Below, piece by piece: positions 1 through 9,159 of a stretch of 64,000 bases of DNA. The notes under the pieces were generated by a model. The model was not told the origin of the DNA. It was given only the letters and a program-made list of their open reading frames with translations, and did no database searches. The DNA comes from Candidatus Salivita marina (lineage in GTDB: Bacteria; Pseudomonadota; Gammaproteobacteria; Pseudomonadales; Azotimanducaceae): contig JAYQNS010000003.1 of the NCBI GenBank assembly GCA_038144425.1, positions 190,790-254,789 of the forward strand, read 5' to 3'. The position numbers were made by a program, and so were the translations under genes. How positions within the stretch are numbered: the first letter of the stretch is position 1; every line of letters starts with the position of its first letter.

Positions 1-254
1 ACGCCGTTCTCCACCAGCCAAGCAGCGACGGACGCCACCTCTTCATGGGCCCGGGCATAGGTCCAGCGCTCATCTTGGTAAACGATGTACTCGCGGTCGG
101 CAAATTGCTGGGAGGACAACCAGAGTTCGCGCAGGCTCGGCGGGGCGTTTTTATAAGTCCTCGTGGGGACCCCCCGCACATCGACCGTGGTGATCTCAAA
201 GTTGCCCTCGGACCCCGTGAGCGACTGCCAAACCTGCTTAAGCTCTGCGTACAT
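1..254 (-). CDS. AMP-dependent synthetase/ligase (acyl-CoA synthetase), N-terminal fragment cut by the window edge
   Basis: Not in the ORF track because it is truncated. My own minus-strand translation from the ATG at 254-252 gives MYAELKQVWQSLTGSEGNFEITTVDVRGVPTRTYKNAPPSLRELWLSSQQFADREYIVYQDERWTYARAHEEVASVAAWLVENG. This is the usual N-terminal layout of acyl-CoA ligases upstream of the AMP-binding motif. Confidence 0.55.
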   Translation of the reverse strand, partial: MYAELKQVWQSLTGSEGNFEITTVDVRGVPTRTYKNAPPSLRELWLSSQQFADREYIVYQDERWTYARAHEEVASVAAWLVENG

Positions 255-371
255 CCCCGCCTCCCCTTTCAGTTAAGCGCCCGATTCTGCCCAAGTCCCG
301 GCACGGGTAAAAGGTCCCGAGAGCAGAAACGGCTTCCCGGGGCGGAAAGCCCTGCTAAACTGCGACGCGTC

Positions 372-458
372 GCCGGTGTGGTGAAATTGGTAGACACACG
401 GGACTTAAAATCCCGAGGGGGAAACCCCGTGCCGGTTCGAGTCCGGCCACCGGCACCA
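372..458 (+). tRNA. tRNA-Leu, anticodon TAA, class II with long variable arm, CCA encoded
   Basis: Hand-folded cloverleaf. Acceptor GCCGGTG/CACCGGC. Anticodon stem CGGGA/TCCCG with loop CTTAAAA. Variable arm GGGG-GAAA-CCCC. T arm GCCGG-TTCGAGT-CCGGC. Ends A-CCA. Confidence 0.93.
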
Positions 459-597
459 CTTACCGCAAAAGCATCTTTTGAGCCACTCCTTTACGTCGCT
501 TTACGCCTTCGCGGAGAGGCGAACATTACTCGCCCGAAGCGCCCGCGTTTCTCTGCTAGTCTTCTCTCCATGAGGGACAGAAAAAAGTGAGAGGGGA

Positions 598-1473
598 ATG
601 CCGCCGAGCATAGCCAGCTTTTATGTGGCGCTTGCCGTTTGGGGCCTTCTGATTGCGCGGGGCCGGAGTCGCCCGACGCAATGGCCTCTGATTGCGGCCT
701 TCGGCCTCGTCCTTCTTCTGTTCCTAAATGCCCGCTATCTCATTGAAGGCGCGCCTGCGGGCATTGCCTATTTCATCAGCCTTTACGATTTTTTTGACAA
801 TCTAGGGTTAGACCCAGGGGCAGCTCCAGCTGCCATGGCTACCTGTTCCGAAAACGCCTGTTCGCTCTGGAGCGAAACCTACCTTCTGCATCAAAGCTGG
901 GGTGTTGCCTTCTTCGATCGCTTTACGAACGCGCCGGCGATGCGGACCAATGCGCTGTATGTTCACTTATTTTGTAACTCAGTTGTTTTTATTCTGATGC
1001 ACCTTCAAGTTCTTCGGGCAGGTCAGCCCGGGTCGAAAACTTCTCACCGGTGGCTGGGGCGCACGACCTTAGGGTTTTTAACGGTGGGCACGGCGGCGGC
1101 TATATACCTGGCCGGGGAGCATGACGCGGTTTCTGCCTACGGCGGCCTTTGGGCTGAGTGGGGGTTCTATTCCATGTCCCTTTGCGTTTATGGCGCCGCG
1201 CTTATGGGATGGGGTAACGCAAGGAAGGGCGATTGGGAACAGCATCGCATATGGATGCTGCGGTTTATCGGTGCAATGTATGGCGCTTTCTGGCTTTTCC
1301 GGATTTTCCTCGTGGTATCGGGGCCCTTGCTTCGGGAGTGGGAAGGTCTTTCTCTCTTATTTTCGATTTGGGTATCGGCCCCGGCCGGGCTCCTTGCGGC
1401 GGACTGGTTACGTCGAAGGTGGGACGCGAAACTTATAAAACAGCTAGATTCCCCTGCAGGGCAGGGCGTGTAA
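598..1473 (+). CDS. integral membrane protein, function unknown
   Basis: 291-aa ORF with several hydrophobic helices (FYVALAVWGLLIA, LIAAFGLVLLLFL, VVFILMHLQVL, LGFLTVGTAAAIYLA and others). Composition is visibly more AT-rich than the rest of the window. I cannot assign a family by eye. Confidence 0.6.
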   Translation: MPPSIASFYVALAVWGLLIARGRSRPTQWPLIAAFGLVLLLFLNARYLIEGAPAGIAYFISLYDFFDNLGLDPGAAPAAMATCSENACSLWSETYLLHQSWGVAFFDRFTNAPAMRTNALYVHLFCNSVVFILMHLQVLRAGQPGSKTSHRWLGRTTLGFLTVGTAAAIYLAGEHDAVSAYGGLWAEWGFYSMSLCVYGAALMGWGNARKGDWEQHRIWMLRFIGAMYGAFWLFRIFLVVSGPLLREWEGLSLLFSIWVSAPAGLLAADWLRRRWDAKLIKQLDSPAGQGV

Positions 1474-1512
1474 TTAGGCAATTCGTAAAACAAAAGGCAG
1501 CGGGAGGCATCC

Positions 1513-1974
1513 ATGAATCTATTCGACAACAAAAAGCTGCGATGGAAGCGATTTGTCGGCGGAGACCAGTTTGACTATCCCATTGATTACTCGGCGGCTC
1601 TGCTCCAGGCCTACGACGACGGTCATGTGGATCTTCTTTACTGGTGGGCACCCAACGCCTACTGCCACTTTCACAGACACACGGCGCGCACGACCTCTAC
1701 GGTCCTCGCCGGCGAGCTACATGTCATCGATATCGATCCAGAGACGGGCGAAGAAACGCAACGACGAATCAGAAAGGCGGGGGACTATGCGTGCAAGGAA
1801 CCTGGCGACGTCCACAGAGAGCTTGGAGGCCCGGAAGGCGCGCTTGTGTTGTTCAATCTCTTTAATCCGGAAGGATTGCTGGCCGAAAGCCTAGCCAGCG
1901 ATGGAACGGTAAGTGGTCGTTCTGAGCTGGCCGACATTCTGAAGGGAAAGGCATACCGTTCGGGCATCGCCTAA
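1513..1974 (+). CDS. cupin-fold protein (ChrR-like cupin), function unknown
   Basis: 153-aa ORF. The HFHRH...TSTVLAGELHV...GD...PGDVH pattern resembles a cupin metal-binding barrel. Also more AT-rich than its surroundings. Confidence 0.5.
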   Translation: MNLFDNKKLRWKRFVGGDQFDYPIDYSAALLQAYDDGHVDLLYWWAPNAYCHFHRHTARTTSTVLAGELHVIDIDPETGEETQRRIRKAGDYACKEPGDVHRELGGPEGALVLFNLFNPEGLLAESLASDGTVSGRSELADILKGKAYRSGIA

Positions 1975-2023
1975 GCACCATCGCGCACCGGGTGTTTAGT
2001 GAGGGAAAAACGCGCGCTCTTTC

Positions 2024-2305
2024 TTAAGATCCCAGGGCTACCCAGCGCTCAAAGATAAATTGAAACTGCAGCTCCCCTGGAAGCGGCTCGGTTCCTCCGG
2101 GCAGAGGTCCGGCCTGGGGCGCTTGCAGTAGGCGCCAACCCCTTTCTAGAGCTTCAAGGCCCGTGGCGTAGGGGGGGTCTCCGCTACCATTGGAACTGGG
2201 AAGCTCGGGACCGTCCCCCTTAGCTCCGTCATAAACTGCCCAGGCCACCACCTCCGTATCCAGCGCGCTCTCCGCAAGCCATAGATAGAGCAGCTGCTGA
2301 CGCAT
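2024..2305 (-). CDS. hypothetical 93-aa protein, translationally coupled to the upstream dioxygenase
   Basis: The ATG at 2305-2303 overlaps the TAA of the PhyH gene (TAATG). No recognisable domain. Confidence 0.45.
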   Translation of the reverse strand: MRQQLLYLWLAESALDTEVVAWAVYDGAKGDGPELPSSNGSGDPPYATGLEALERGWRLLQAPQAGPLPGGTEPLPGELQFQFIFERWVALGS

Positions 2306-3249
2306 TAGCGCTTCCCCGGGTCAAGGGCTCCTTCTCGAACCCGTTGGCGTGTTTGGTAGAAGTCTACGTCATAGGTGGGATCACCGCTCAGGTAGCGCCA
2401 GAGAGCGGCGCGCTGGATTTGTTCATACCGGCCCTCATGGCCCCTCTGCCAAGGCGCCATACAGCGCAGCCGCTGCGCAACGCTGAGGCTTCCCGGGCGA
2501 GCGAAGCTGTGATCCCTGGCGTCGTTGTGGAGGTCCGGCAAATCAGTCGTATTCCAGAGGCGCTGCTGAGGAACGCGGGGATTCAGCCGAAGCTTGTACA
2601 TCCACCGGTCCTCCGCACTGGGGTTAGGTTGCCCGGCGTGCCACAGCCCCTGGTGAAAGACGAGAAGGGTGCCAGCCGGACCGCTGTAGTGCTGCTCTCC
2701 CACAACGTTCTGGTAGCGAGCGATGCCCTCAGCACGGGCCCGTCGGAGATGGCTGCCCGGCACAAAGCGCGTGCCACCGCCACCGGGAGCTACGGCGGTG
2801 GGGAAGTAAAACAGCTGAATATCGAAGGCCTGGCCCGCGGCTTCGAGCACCGCATCGACGTGCAGATGCTGGCCCTTAGGCGCCCCTGCGGGAATATGAT
2901 GGATGAAATCATGATCAAACACCGGGTTAGATCCGACGAGCGATTCAATGATACCGGCGACGGCCGGCAACCTGAGCACCTCACCGAGAGCTGAAGGCGC
3001 GGGGTAGCAATCCTCCAGGGGCGTTAGACTTTCCGGGCTTTCGAGGGGATCGGAGTCCGTTGGAAGGGTTCCAGGGCGTCCGCTAAGCCCGTGGAGCGCT
3101 CGCCGAAGCTTACCCGGCGCAAGGGCCTGCATCTCCTCCAATGCGGCGCGGTTAAGGGGCTCGGGGACTAGGGCATCAAAACGCAGAAATCCGTCAGCGA
3201 CGAAGTCCGCCATGGCGGCGGTGCTGAGCAAATAATGATCGTCCCCCAT
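2305..3249 (-). CDS. phytanoyl-CoA dioxygenase (PhyH) family Fe(II)/2-oxoglutarate oxygenase
   Basis: Motifs HHIPAGAPKGQHLHVDA, TRFVPGSH and LWHAG fit a PhyH-type facial triad. The start is trimmed from 3396 to the ATG at 3249 (MGDDHYLLSTAAMADFVADGF), which removes the overlap with the P450 gene. Confidence 0.75.
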   Translation of the reverse strand: MGDDHYLLSTAAMADFVADGFLRFDALVPEPLNRAALEEMQALAPGKLRRALHGLSGRPGTLPTDSDPLESPESLTPLEDCYPAPSALGEVLRLPAVAGIIESLVGSNPVFDHDFIHHIPAGAPKGQHLHVDAVLEAAGQAFDIQLFYFPTAVAPGGGGTRFVPGSHLRRARAEGIARYQNVVGEQHYSGPAGTLLVFHQGLWHAGQPNPSAEDRWMYKLRLNPRVPQQRLWNTTDLPDLHNDARDHSFARPGSLSVAQRLRCMAPWQRGHEGRYEQIQRAALWRYLSGDPTYDVDFYQTRQRVREGALDPGKR

Positions 3250-3266
3250 AGCGCGGCTTCCGAGGC

Positions 3267-4523
3267 TTAAGCAGCCCGCGCTTTGGGATGAAGCATCACC
3301 TGCATGGAGGCGTAGCCTTTCACGAAGTTCGACCGGACCCGCTCCGGCTCCGCCAGGACCTCGATGTGCTCGAAACGCTTTAGAAGCTCTTCCCACAGCA
3401 CCCGCAGCTGCATTTCTCCGAGCCGATTGCCCATGCAGCGGTGGACTCCGTAGCCGAAGGACACGTGGCCCCGAGCATTGGAACGATCGATCATAAGCCG
3501 GTCCGGGTCCTCAAAGGCTCGTTCATCCCGGTTCCCGGAGACATACCACATCACGACCTTGTCCCCAGCCTTCATGGTCTGGCCTTGGAAGGTGAGATCT
3601 TCCTTAACCGTTCGGCGCATGTGGGCAAGAGGCGTTTGCCAGCGGATTATTTCGGCCACCATGTTGGGAATAAGCTCCGGCTGAGCCTTCACCTTCTCAA
3701 AGGCCTCGGGGAACCGGTTTAGGGCGTAAACACCGCCGCTGATGGAGTTTCGCGTAGTGTCGTTGCCGCCGATAATCAAAAGATTAAGCTGACCCATGAA
3801 GGTCATGGGATCCATGGCGGCGAAGGCCGGGGACTGCGCCATGAGCGAGATAAAATCATTGCCAGGGTTAGCCTCCCGCTCTTTCCAGAGCCGGTAGAAG
3901 TATTCCAGCATGGCATTGAGCTCTCGCCGGCGCTTCTCCTCGCTGACCTTCTCCGATCCCGTAGCGGAACCCGAGGTGGCGACATCAGACCAGTAGGGCA
4001 AGAGGTGTCGATCTTCGAAAGGAAAATCGAAGAGCGTGGCCAGCATCTGCGTGGTGAGCTCGATGGAAACGGCGGGGACCCAGTCAAAGGCTTCCCCCAC
4101 GGGAAGTCCGTCGAGAATAGCCGCGACGCGCTGGCGAATCAGCGGTTCAAGATTAGCCAGCTGCCGCGGCGCCACCGCGGGCTGCACGGCCTTGCGCTCC
4201 TCGTCGTGCGCTTTACCGTCTGTGCCAATGAAACTGCGGGTGCGAAAATCCGGGGGCGGATCACCGAGAATAATCGTAGGTTCGGAGGAGAAGGCCTGGT
4301 GATTCATATCCACGGCTTTGATGTCCTCAAAGCGCGTGATCGACCAATAGGGCCCAAAGGCGCTGTCGGCGCAATAGTGCACCGGCGCCTCATCGCGTAG
4401 CCGGGCGAAGTAGGGGCGCCAGGCGTCTTGCTCCAAGAGCCGGGGATCGGAGACATCTATCGCCTCAAGGGGAAGCGCGTAGGGGTCTGCCAGTTGATCG
4501 TGCTGTGCGATGGCCTCGGCCAT
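3267..4523 (-). CDS. cytochrome P450, CYP153-like
   Basis: 418 aa. Heme loop HVSFGYGVHRCMGNRLGEMQL and I-helix LLIIGGNDTTRNSISGG, which I recall as characteristic of CYP153-type terminal hydroxylases. Confidence 0.85.
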   Translation of the reverse strand: MAEAIAQHDQLADPYALPLEAIDVSDPRLLEQDAWRPYFARLRDEAPVHYCADSAFGPYWSITRFEDIKAVDMNHQAFSSEPTIILGDPPPDFRTRSFIGTDGKAHDEERKAVQPAVAPRQLANLEPLIRQRVAAILDGLPVGEAFDWVPAVSIELTTQMLATLFDFPFEDRHLLPYWSDVATSGSATGSEKVSEEKRRRELNAMLEYFYRLWKEREANPGNDFISLMAQSPAFAAMDPMTFMGQLNLLIIGGNDTTRNSISGGVYALNRFPEAFEKVKAQPELIPNMVAEIIRWQTPLAHMRRTVKEDLTFQGQTMKAGDKVVMWYVSGNRDERAFEDPDRLMIDRSNARGHVSFGYGVHRCMGNRLGEMQLRVLWEELLKRFEHIEVLAEPERVRSNFVKGYASMQVMLHPKARAA

Positions 4524-4630
4524 GGGGTGCCCTCCCAGGGTGCGGGCGACTTCAAGGCCGCCACATTATTCGTGACCCCCGAGTGTAGGCATTCCCAGGC
4601 CTGGGAAAAAGCACCCCTTTCGCGCCTCCC

Positions 4631-5251
4631 TTAAGGGCCGGGGGAGGTCCCCCACAGCGCCAGGGCGAGAAGGAGAAGAATGGCGGCAATCCCGCTATCG
4701 AGCACGCGCCAGGCCCGGGAGGTTTTCAGAAAGGGTAGAAGCAGGCGGGCGCCGTAAGTCAGGCTGGTGAACCAGACCGCACTGGCGCTTACCGCTCCCG
4801 CTAAAAAGGCAAACTGCAGGGCGCCCTCGTAGCGACTACCAACGACACCGACAAGGCCCACCGTATCCAGGTAAACATGGGGGTTCAGGAAAGTGATCGC
4901 CAGGAAGGTCAGCGCTACGGATCGGGGGGAGGGGGCTCGCCTTGCGGCCTGGGCGCCCTCGAGCGCTTCCCCCTCCCAGGCCCGGCGAAGCGCCGCCCCG
5001 CCGTACAGCACGAGCATGGCCACGCCCCCGAGGGTGAGCCAGCGCAGAGCGTCGGGGTAGGCCGTTACCACTGACCCTAAGCCGAGCACCCCCAGGGCCA
5101 TGAGAAGCCCGTCTGAACCGACCGCGGCCAGTACGAGGGGACCACGGTAATGGAGGCCTAGGCCCATGCGCAGGAGAAAAAGGTTCTGCGCCCCAAGGGC
5201 AACAATAAGGGAAAGGGACAGGCCAAAGCCGGCGCTAAGGGCAGAAAGCAT
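4631..5251 (-). CDS. LysE/ArgO family amino-acid exporter
   Basis: 206-aa polytopic protein. The N-terminus SLSLIVALGAQNLFLLRMGL is typical of LysE/ArgO translocators. Confidence 0.8.
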   Translation of the reverse strand: MLSALSAGFGLSLSLIVALGAQNLFLLRMGLGLHYRGPLVLAAVGSDGLLMALGVLGLGSVVTAYPDALRWLTLGGVAMLVLYGGAALRRAWEGEALEGAQAARRAPSPRSVALTFLAITFLNPHVYLDTVGLVGVVGSRYEGALQFAFLAGAVSASAVWFTSLTYGARLLLPFLKTSRAWRVLDSGIAAILLLLALALWGTSPGP

Positions 5252-5334
5252 GACAGGAACTCGTACCGGCAGATGCTAGAAATCGCGAAGGCCATCCCCT
5301 AGGCTCTGGGTCATTCCAAAAGGGGGATACCGAC

Positions 5335-5940
5335 ATGAAAGTTTATCACGCCCGAAACACTCGGTCTTTGCGCATTCTGTGGCTCCTAGAGGAATTAGGA
5401 TTGCCCTACGACGTTGAGTTCTTTGATCTCGGCGCGCCGGAAATGCGAAGCGAGGCGTACCGCAAAGTGCATCCCATGGGCCGCGTTCCGGCCCTGGTGG
5501 ACGGGGACGTGATCCTCCATGAATCCGGGGCCATCGTTGAATATGTGCTGGCCCGTCACGGAGCCGGACGCCTTGTACCCGCGGTAGACGATCAGGCCTT
5601 TCCCGCCTACCTACAGTGGCTCCATTACGCCGAGGGCATGATGATGCCCCAGGTCAATCTCATTATGGTGGAAACGCGATTCCTGCCCCCCGAGAAGCAA
5701 AACCCGACCAATCTCGCCCGGGCACAGAAGCTACTGGCGAAGAGCCTGGAGGCGGTAGAAGGGGGCTTGGAAGGCAAGGCTTACCTGGCAGGGGACTTCT
5801 CCGGCGCCGACATCATGACCGGCCACGCCTGCCATGCGGCGGCAGGCCTGGGCATTCCCATGGACGCGCTGCCGAATACGGCGGCCTACGTTGAGCGGGT
5901 TCGGGCCCGCCCGGCCTTTGCCGCTGCCCTGGAGCGCTAA
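5335..5940 (+). CDS. glutathione S-transferase
   Basis: 201 aa. Thioredoxin-like N-domain motifs: RSLRILWLLEELGLPY, GRVPALVDGDVILHESGAIVEY. Confidence 0.85.
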   Translation: MKVYHARNTRSLRILWLLEELGLPYDVEFFDLGAPEMRSEAYRKVHPMGRVPALVDGDVILHESGAIVEYVLARHGAGRLVPAVDDQAFPAYLQWLHYAEGMMMPQVNLIMVETRFLPPEKQNPTNLARAQKLLAKSLEAVEGGLEGKAYLAGDFSGADIMTGHACHAAAGLGIPMDALPNTAAYVERVRARPAFAAALER

Positions 5941-5949
5941 GCCCTGACC

Positions 5950-6867
5950 ATGACCGCGCTCATGGAGGTGAGCCCCCGGGATGGGCTACAGAACGAGGCT
6001 AAGCCCGTCTCGACCGCGCAGAAGCTGGCCCTCATCGAGAGCGCCCTGGCGGCCGGGGTGAAGCGAATCGAGGTCACGAGCTTCGTCCATCCGAAAAAGG
6101 TCCCCCAGTTGGCGGATGCCGAGGCCCTGTGCGCAGCCCTTACGCCCCGCCCGGGAGTTTCCTTAACGGGGCTGGTCATGAACCTCCGCGGCGTGGAGCG
6201 GGCCATTGCCACCGAGGTAATCGACGATATCGGCATGGTGATTCCAGCGAGCGATGCCTTTGCCCAGCGCAATCAGGGCATGACCGTAGACGCCGCCTGC
6301 GAAGAAGCCCTTCGAGTCTTTGAGCGGGCTGCGCAGGCGGGAAAAAGCTACCAGCTCACCATCGCCGTGGCCTTCGGCTGTCCCTTCTCGGGCGCGACGC
6401 CCCTCGAAAGCTGCGTCGCCCTCGCAGAGCGCTTCGAGGGCGCTGGGCTCCGGGAGTTTGCCCTCGCGGACACCATCGGCGTAGCGGCGCCTCGTGAGGT
6501 GCGCAGCGCCTTTGAGGCCGTTCGGACCGCGCTTGGAAGCGCCGTCCCGCTACGCGCCCATTTTCACAACACGCGGGGCCTGGGCATTGCCAATGCGCTG
6601 GCCGCCCGGGAGCTTGGGGTGGAGACCCTCGATGCAAGCATTGGAGGTATCGGAGGATGCCCCTTCGCCCCGGGGGCAACGGGAAATATAGCGACGGAAG
6701 AGCTGCTCTACGCGCTTGAACGTATGGGCGAAGGGTTAGCTGTGTCCCTAACTGGGATCTTAAGCGCCGCAGCGCTTGTGGAGGAAGCGCTGGAGCGCCC
6801 CCTGCCGTCACTCGTCTACCGCGCGGGGCTCGCCCCCGGGGGCGAGGACACGGGCAGGGCTAGCTGA
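5950..6867 (+). CDS. hydroxymethylglutaryl-CoA lyase (HMGL-like)
   Basis: EVSPRDGLQNE, HFHNTRGLGIANALAA and GGCPFAPGATGN are HMG-CoA lyase TIM-barrel signatures. Confidence 0.88.
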   Translation: MTALMEVSPRDGLQNEAKPVSTAQKLALIESALAAGVKRIEVTSFVHPKKVPQLADAEALCAALTPRPGVSLTGLVMNLRGVERAIATEVIDDIGMVIPASDAFAQRNQGMTVDAACEEALRVFERAAQAGKSYQLTIAVAFGCPFSGATPLESCVALAERFEGAGLREFALADTIGVAAPREVRSAFEAVRTALGSAVPLRAHFHNTRGLGIANALAARELGVETLDASIGGIGGCPFAPGATGNIATEELLYALERMGEGLAVSLTGILSAAALVEEALERPLPSLVYRAGLAPGGEDTGRAS

Positions 6868-7520
6868 TAGCCCAGGCCGCGAACGGCCACGATACTTCCG
6901 GTCCCCAGCTTCTGCCGCAGCTTTCCCACTGCCACATCGATGTGCCGCTGCCCAGCAGCGAGGGGCTGGGATCCGCTATCCCGGGCGAGCATCTCCCGGC
7001 CCAGCACCTCCTGAGGATGGCGAAGGAAGGTCAGGAGCAGGTGAAATTCCTGCTCCGTGAGAGGGATGATCTCGCCCTGGCGCTCCAAGGCGCGGCGCTC
7101 CACCCGTAAGCGTGCGTTCCCAATAAGCAGGTCCTGGAGGGCACCCACGGAGGTCCCAAGCCGCCGTAGAATCACGCGAATGCGTGCGAAAAGCTCTGCT
7201 TCATCGAAGGGTTTGGTGATGTAGTCCTCAGCCCCGAGCTCGAGGGTAAGCACCTTCTCCAAGCTTTTGGTTTCACCACTCAGCATGAGAAAGGGGATGC
7301 CCCGGCTCCCCAACCAGCGCCCAAAGTCATAGCTCTTCCCGCTGCCCAAGTGCAGGTCAAGGAGGACCAGATCGGGGAGATTCTGGGCGGCGCGCTGCGC
7401 GTCCTCGAGCGAGTCCGCTACCGTGACTTCATAGCCTTCCAGTTGTAGGAGGGCCGCAAGGGCGCCTCGAAGTGCGGGATCGTCATCCACGACCAAAAGC
7501 TGAAACCGACGATCAGCCAC
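6816..7520 (-). CDS. OmpR-family response regulator (receiver plus winged-helix)
   Basis: Receiver motifs LLVVDDDP, LVLLDLHL and ITKPF. The C-terminal winged helix has LTEQEFHLLL and VRGLGYQL. The start is trimmed from 7751 to the GTG at 7520, preceded by AGGGGGGG, giving 234 aa. Confidence 0.85.
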   Translation of the reverse strand: MADRRFQLLVVDDDPALRGALAALLQLEGYEVTVADSLEDAQRAAQNLPDLVLLDLHLGSGKSYDFGRWLGSRGIPFLMLSGETKSLEKVLTLELGAEDYITKPFDEAELFARIRVILRRLGTSVGALQDLLIGNARLRVERRALERQGEIIPLTEQEFHLLLTFLRHPQEVLGREMLARDSGSQPLAAGQRHIDVAVGKLRQKLGTGSIVAVRGLGYQLALPVSSPPGASPAR

Positions 7521-7663
7521 GGGAACCCCCCCTGAAGAAAGGGTCAGTGTAAGCGGAGCTTGCAAGTTGTCTCCAGTGCTTACTCGCCCTTTTAAAGAAC
7601 CCAAAGGTTTTTTATCCTTCTCCTCACGAAGGGCTCTAGGAGAGGGGCTCGAGGGAGAGCGCC

Positions 7664-9157
7664 ATGGATGAAGGCCTTCAAGCACGCTTAGAGCAGGGCC
7701 TCGCTCAGGCCGCGGCAGACGGAACGATTGAGAGCCTTCTGGCGCTGCCAAAGGGCACTTCCTTTCTGTTCGTAGATGACAACGGGCAAATCACCGAAGT
7801 TTGGGGTGCCCGAGCCTCTTGGCAACGGGCCTGCGAAGGGCGGGCGCTCTCCTCACTCCTTGTTTCTAACGCCACCCGCGCCCCTCGGGCCCTCACGGAG
7901 CTCTTCGAAGCACTCGCCGCAGGGCGCGCCGCTGACATCTTTCCTCTATTCTTCGATGGCGAAGACGGGGCTCCGGACATCGTTCGCATTATCGCCCGTC
8001 CCCAGCAGCGAAATGGCGTGGCCGGGCATCGGCTTTGCCTCCTTGATGAGTCCCATCTTTGGAAAGCCCTCGATACGGCGATGGCTACGGTGCAGAGCCA
8101 GTCCGCCCTAGCGGAAACGGTCCCGGCACCGCTCCTTGTCCTCGACCCCCAGGGGCGTATCGAGATTCTTAACGATGCGCTAGCGCGGCTTCTAGGTCTT
8201 CCCGAGGGCGGGCTTCTGCAGCGCCCCCTGAGCGCCCTTGAGCGCTGGGCCCGACTCCCGGAAGGCATGCTCTCGGAAGCCATCAACGACGCGCTCGACC
8301 CAGAGGGGGCATCCGAAGGCCGGCCTCTGCGCCTACGCGATGAGCAGGGTAATCCTCACTGGCTGGTCCCTGCGGCGGCGCCCCTCCAGCAACCCGACGG
8401 GGCACGCACCATGGTCCTGTTCACGGAGGTCACGCACTTCGAAATGAGCAAGCAGGCTCAGGTCGACACGGAGCGGGAAGCTGCCCTCAACCTGCTCAGC
8501 CAGAGCATCCTCCATGATCTAAATAACGTGATGACGGTGATTTCCGCTGCGAGCCGCCTTCTTGATCAGCCCAGCGCCTACCCCACGGCGAAGGACGATC
8601 TAGCCGCCGCCGTAGAGGGTGCGAAGCAGCTCATTGCCAGGCTTCGGGATCGGGAGCTGGGCCGCCCTCGGCGTGCCGAGCATCAGTCCCTCGCGGAAGC
8701 CATTCGCTTAGTCTGTGAGGGCTTTCGCGCGACGCTCCGCTCGGACGTAATGCTAGAGGTCGGCTCCCTCATTGAGGCAGGCATCTTCGCCCCGCCGGGG
8801 GACTTCCAGCGCGCGCTGCTTAACCTCCTTAAGAACGGCGCGGAAGCCATCGAAGGGCGAGGCGTCATCACCGTCAGCAGCAACTGGCTGAAGCCCGGGG
8901 AGCAAATCCAGATCCTGGTGACGGATTCGGGGCGGGGCATGGTACCCAGCGAACGGGCCCGGGTTTTTGAACCCTACTTCAGCACGAAAACGGGGAACGA
9001 AGATCGAGGTCTGGGCCTGACTCAGGTGGCGCGCATGGCCGCTTCGGCCGGCGGTGAAGTGGAGGTGAAGTCCAGCGCCCCCGGAGAAACGGTGCTGGCC
9101 CTCACCCTGCCGGCCCAGCCATCGGTGTTCTACGACCGAGTCGACTCCGACGCCTAG
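7664..9157 (+). CDS. soluble PAS-domain sensor histidine kinase
   Basis: H-box SILHDLNNVMTVI. ATPase motifs LLNLLKNGAEA, DSGRGM and GLGLTQV. No transmembrane segment is visible. Divergent from the response regulator. Confidence 0.85.
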   Translation: MDEGLQARLEQGLAQAAADGTIESLLALPKGTSFLFVDDNGQITEVWGARASWQRACEGRALSSLLVSNATRAPRALTELFEALAAGRAADIFPLFFDGEDGAPDIVRIIARPQQRNGVAGHRLCLLDESHLWKALDTAMATVQSQSALAETVPAPLLVLDPQGRIEILNDALARLLGLPEGGLLQRPLSALERWARLPEGMLSEAINDALDPEGASEGRPLRLRDEQGNPHWLVPAAAPLQQPDGARTMVLFTEVTHFEMSKQAQVDTEREAALNLLSQSILHDLNNVMTVISAASRLLDQPSAYPTAKDDLAAAVEGAKQLIARLRDRELGRPRRAEHQSLAEAIRLVCEGFRATLRSDVMLEVGSLIEAGIFAPPGDFQRALLNLLKNGAEAIEGRGVITVSSNWLKPGEQIQILVTDSGRGMVPSERARVFEPYFSTKTGNEDRGLGLTQVARMAASAGGEVEVKSSAPGETVLALTLPAQPSVFYDRVDSDA

Positions 9158-9159
9158 TG

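Noticed and set aside
45-590. 181-aa plus-strand ORF
   Set aside because: It runs straight through the tRNA-Leu gene (372-458) and is antisense to the acyl-CoA ligase N-terminus. The composition is Arg/Pro/Gly-rich, typical of a spurious GC-rich ORF.
6816-6867. Convergent 3' overlaps (6816-6867, 16971-16996, 62374-62429) as further frameshift artefacts
   Set aside because: I tested alternative frames around the nearby G/C runs. They gave nonsense, whereas the existing C-termini (e.g. RPLPSLVYRAG for HMG-CoA lyase, VRGLGYQL plus a short tail for the regulator) look plausible.
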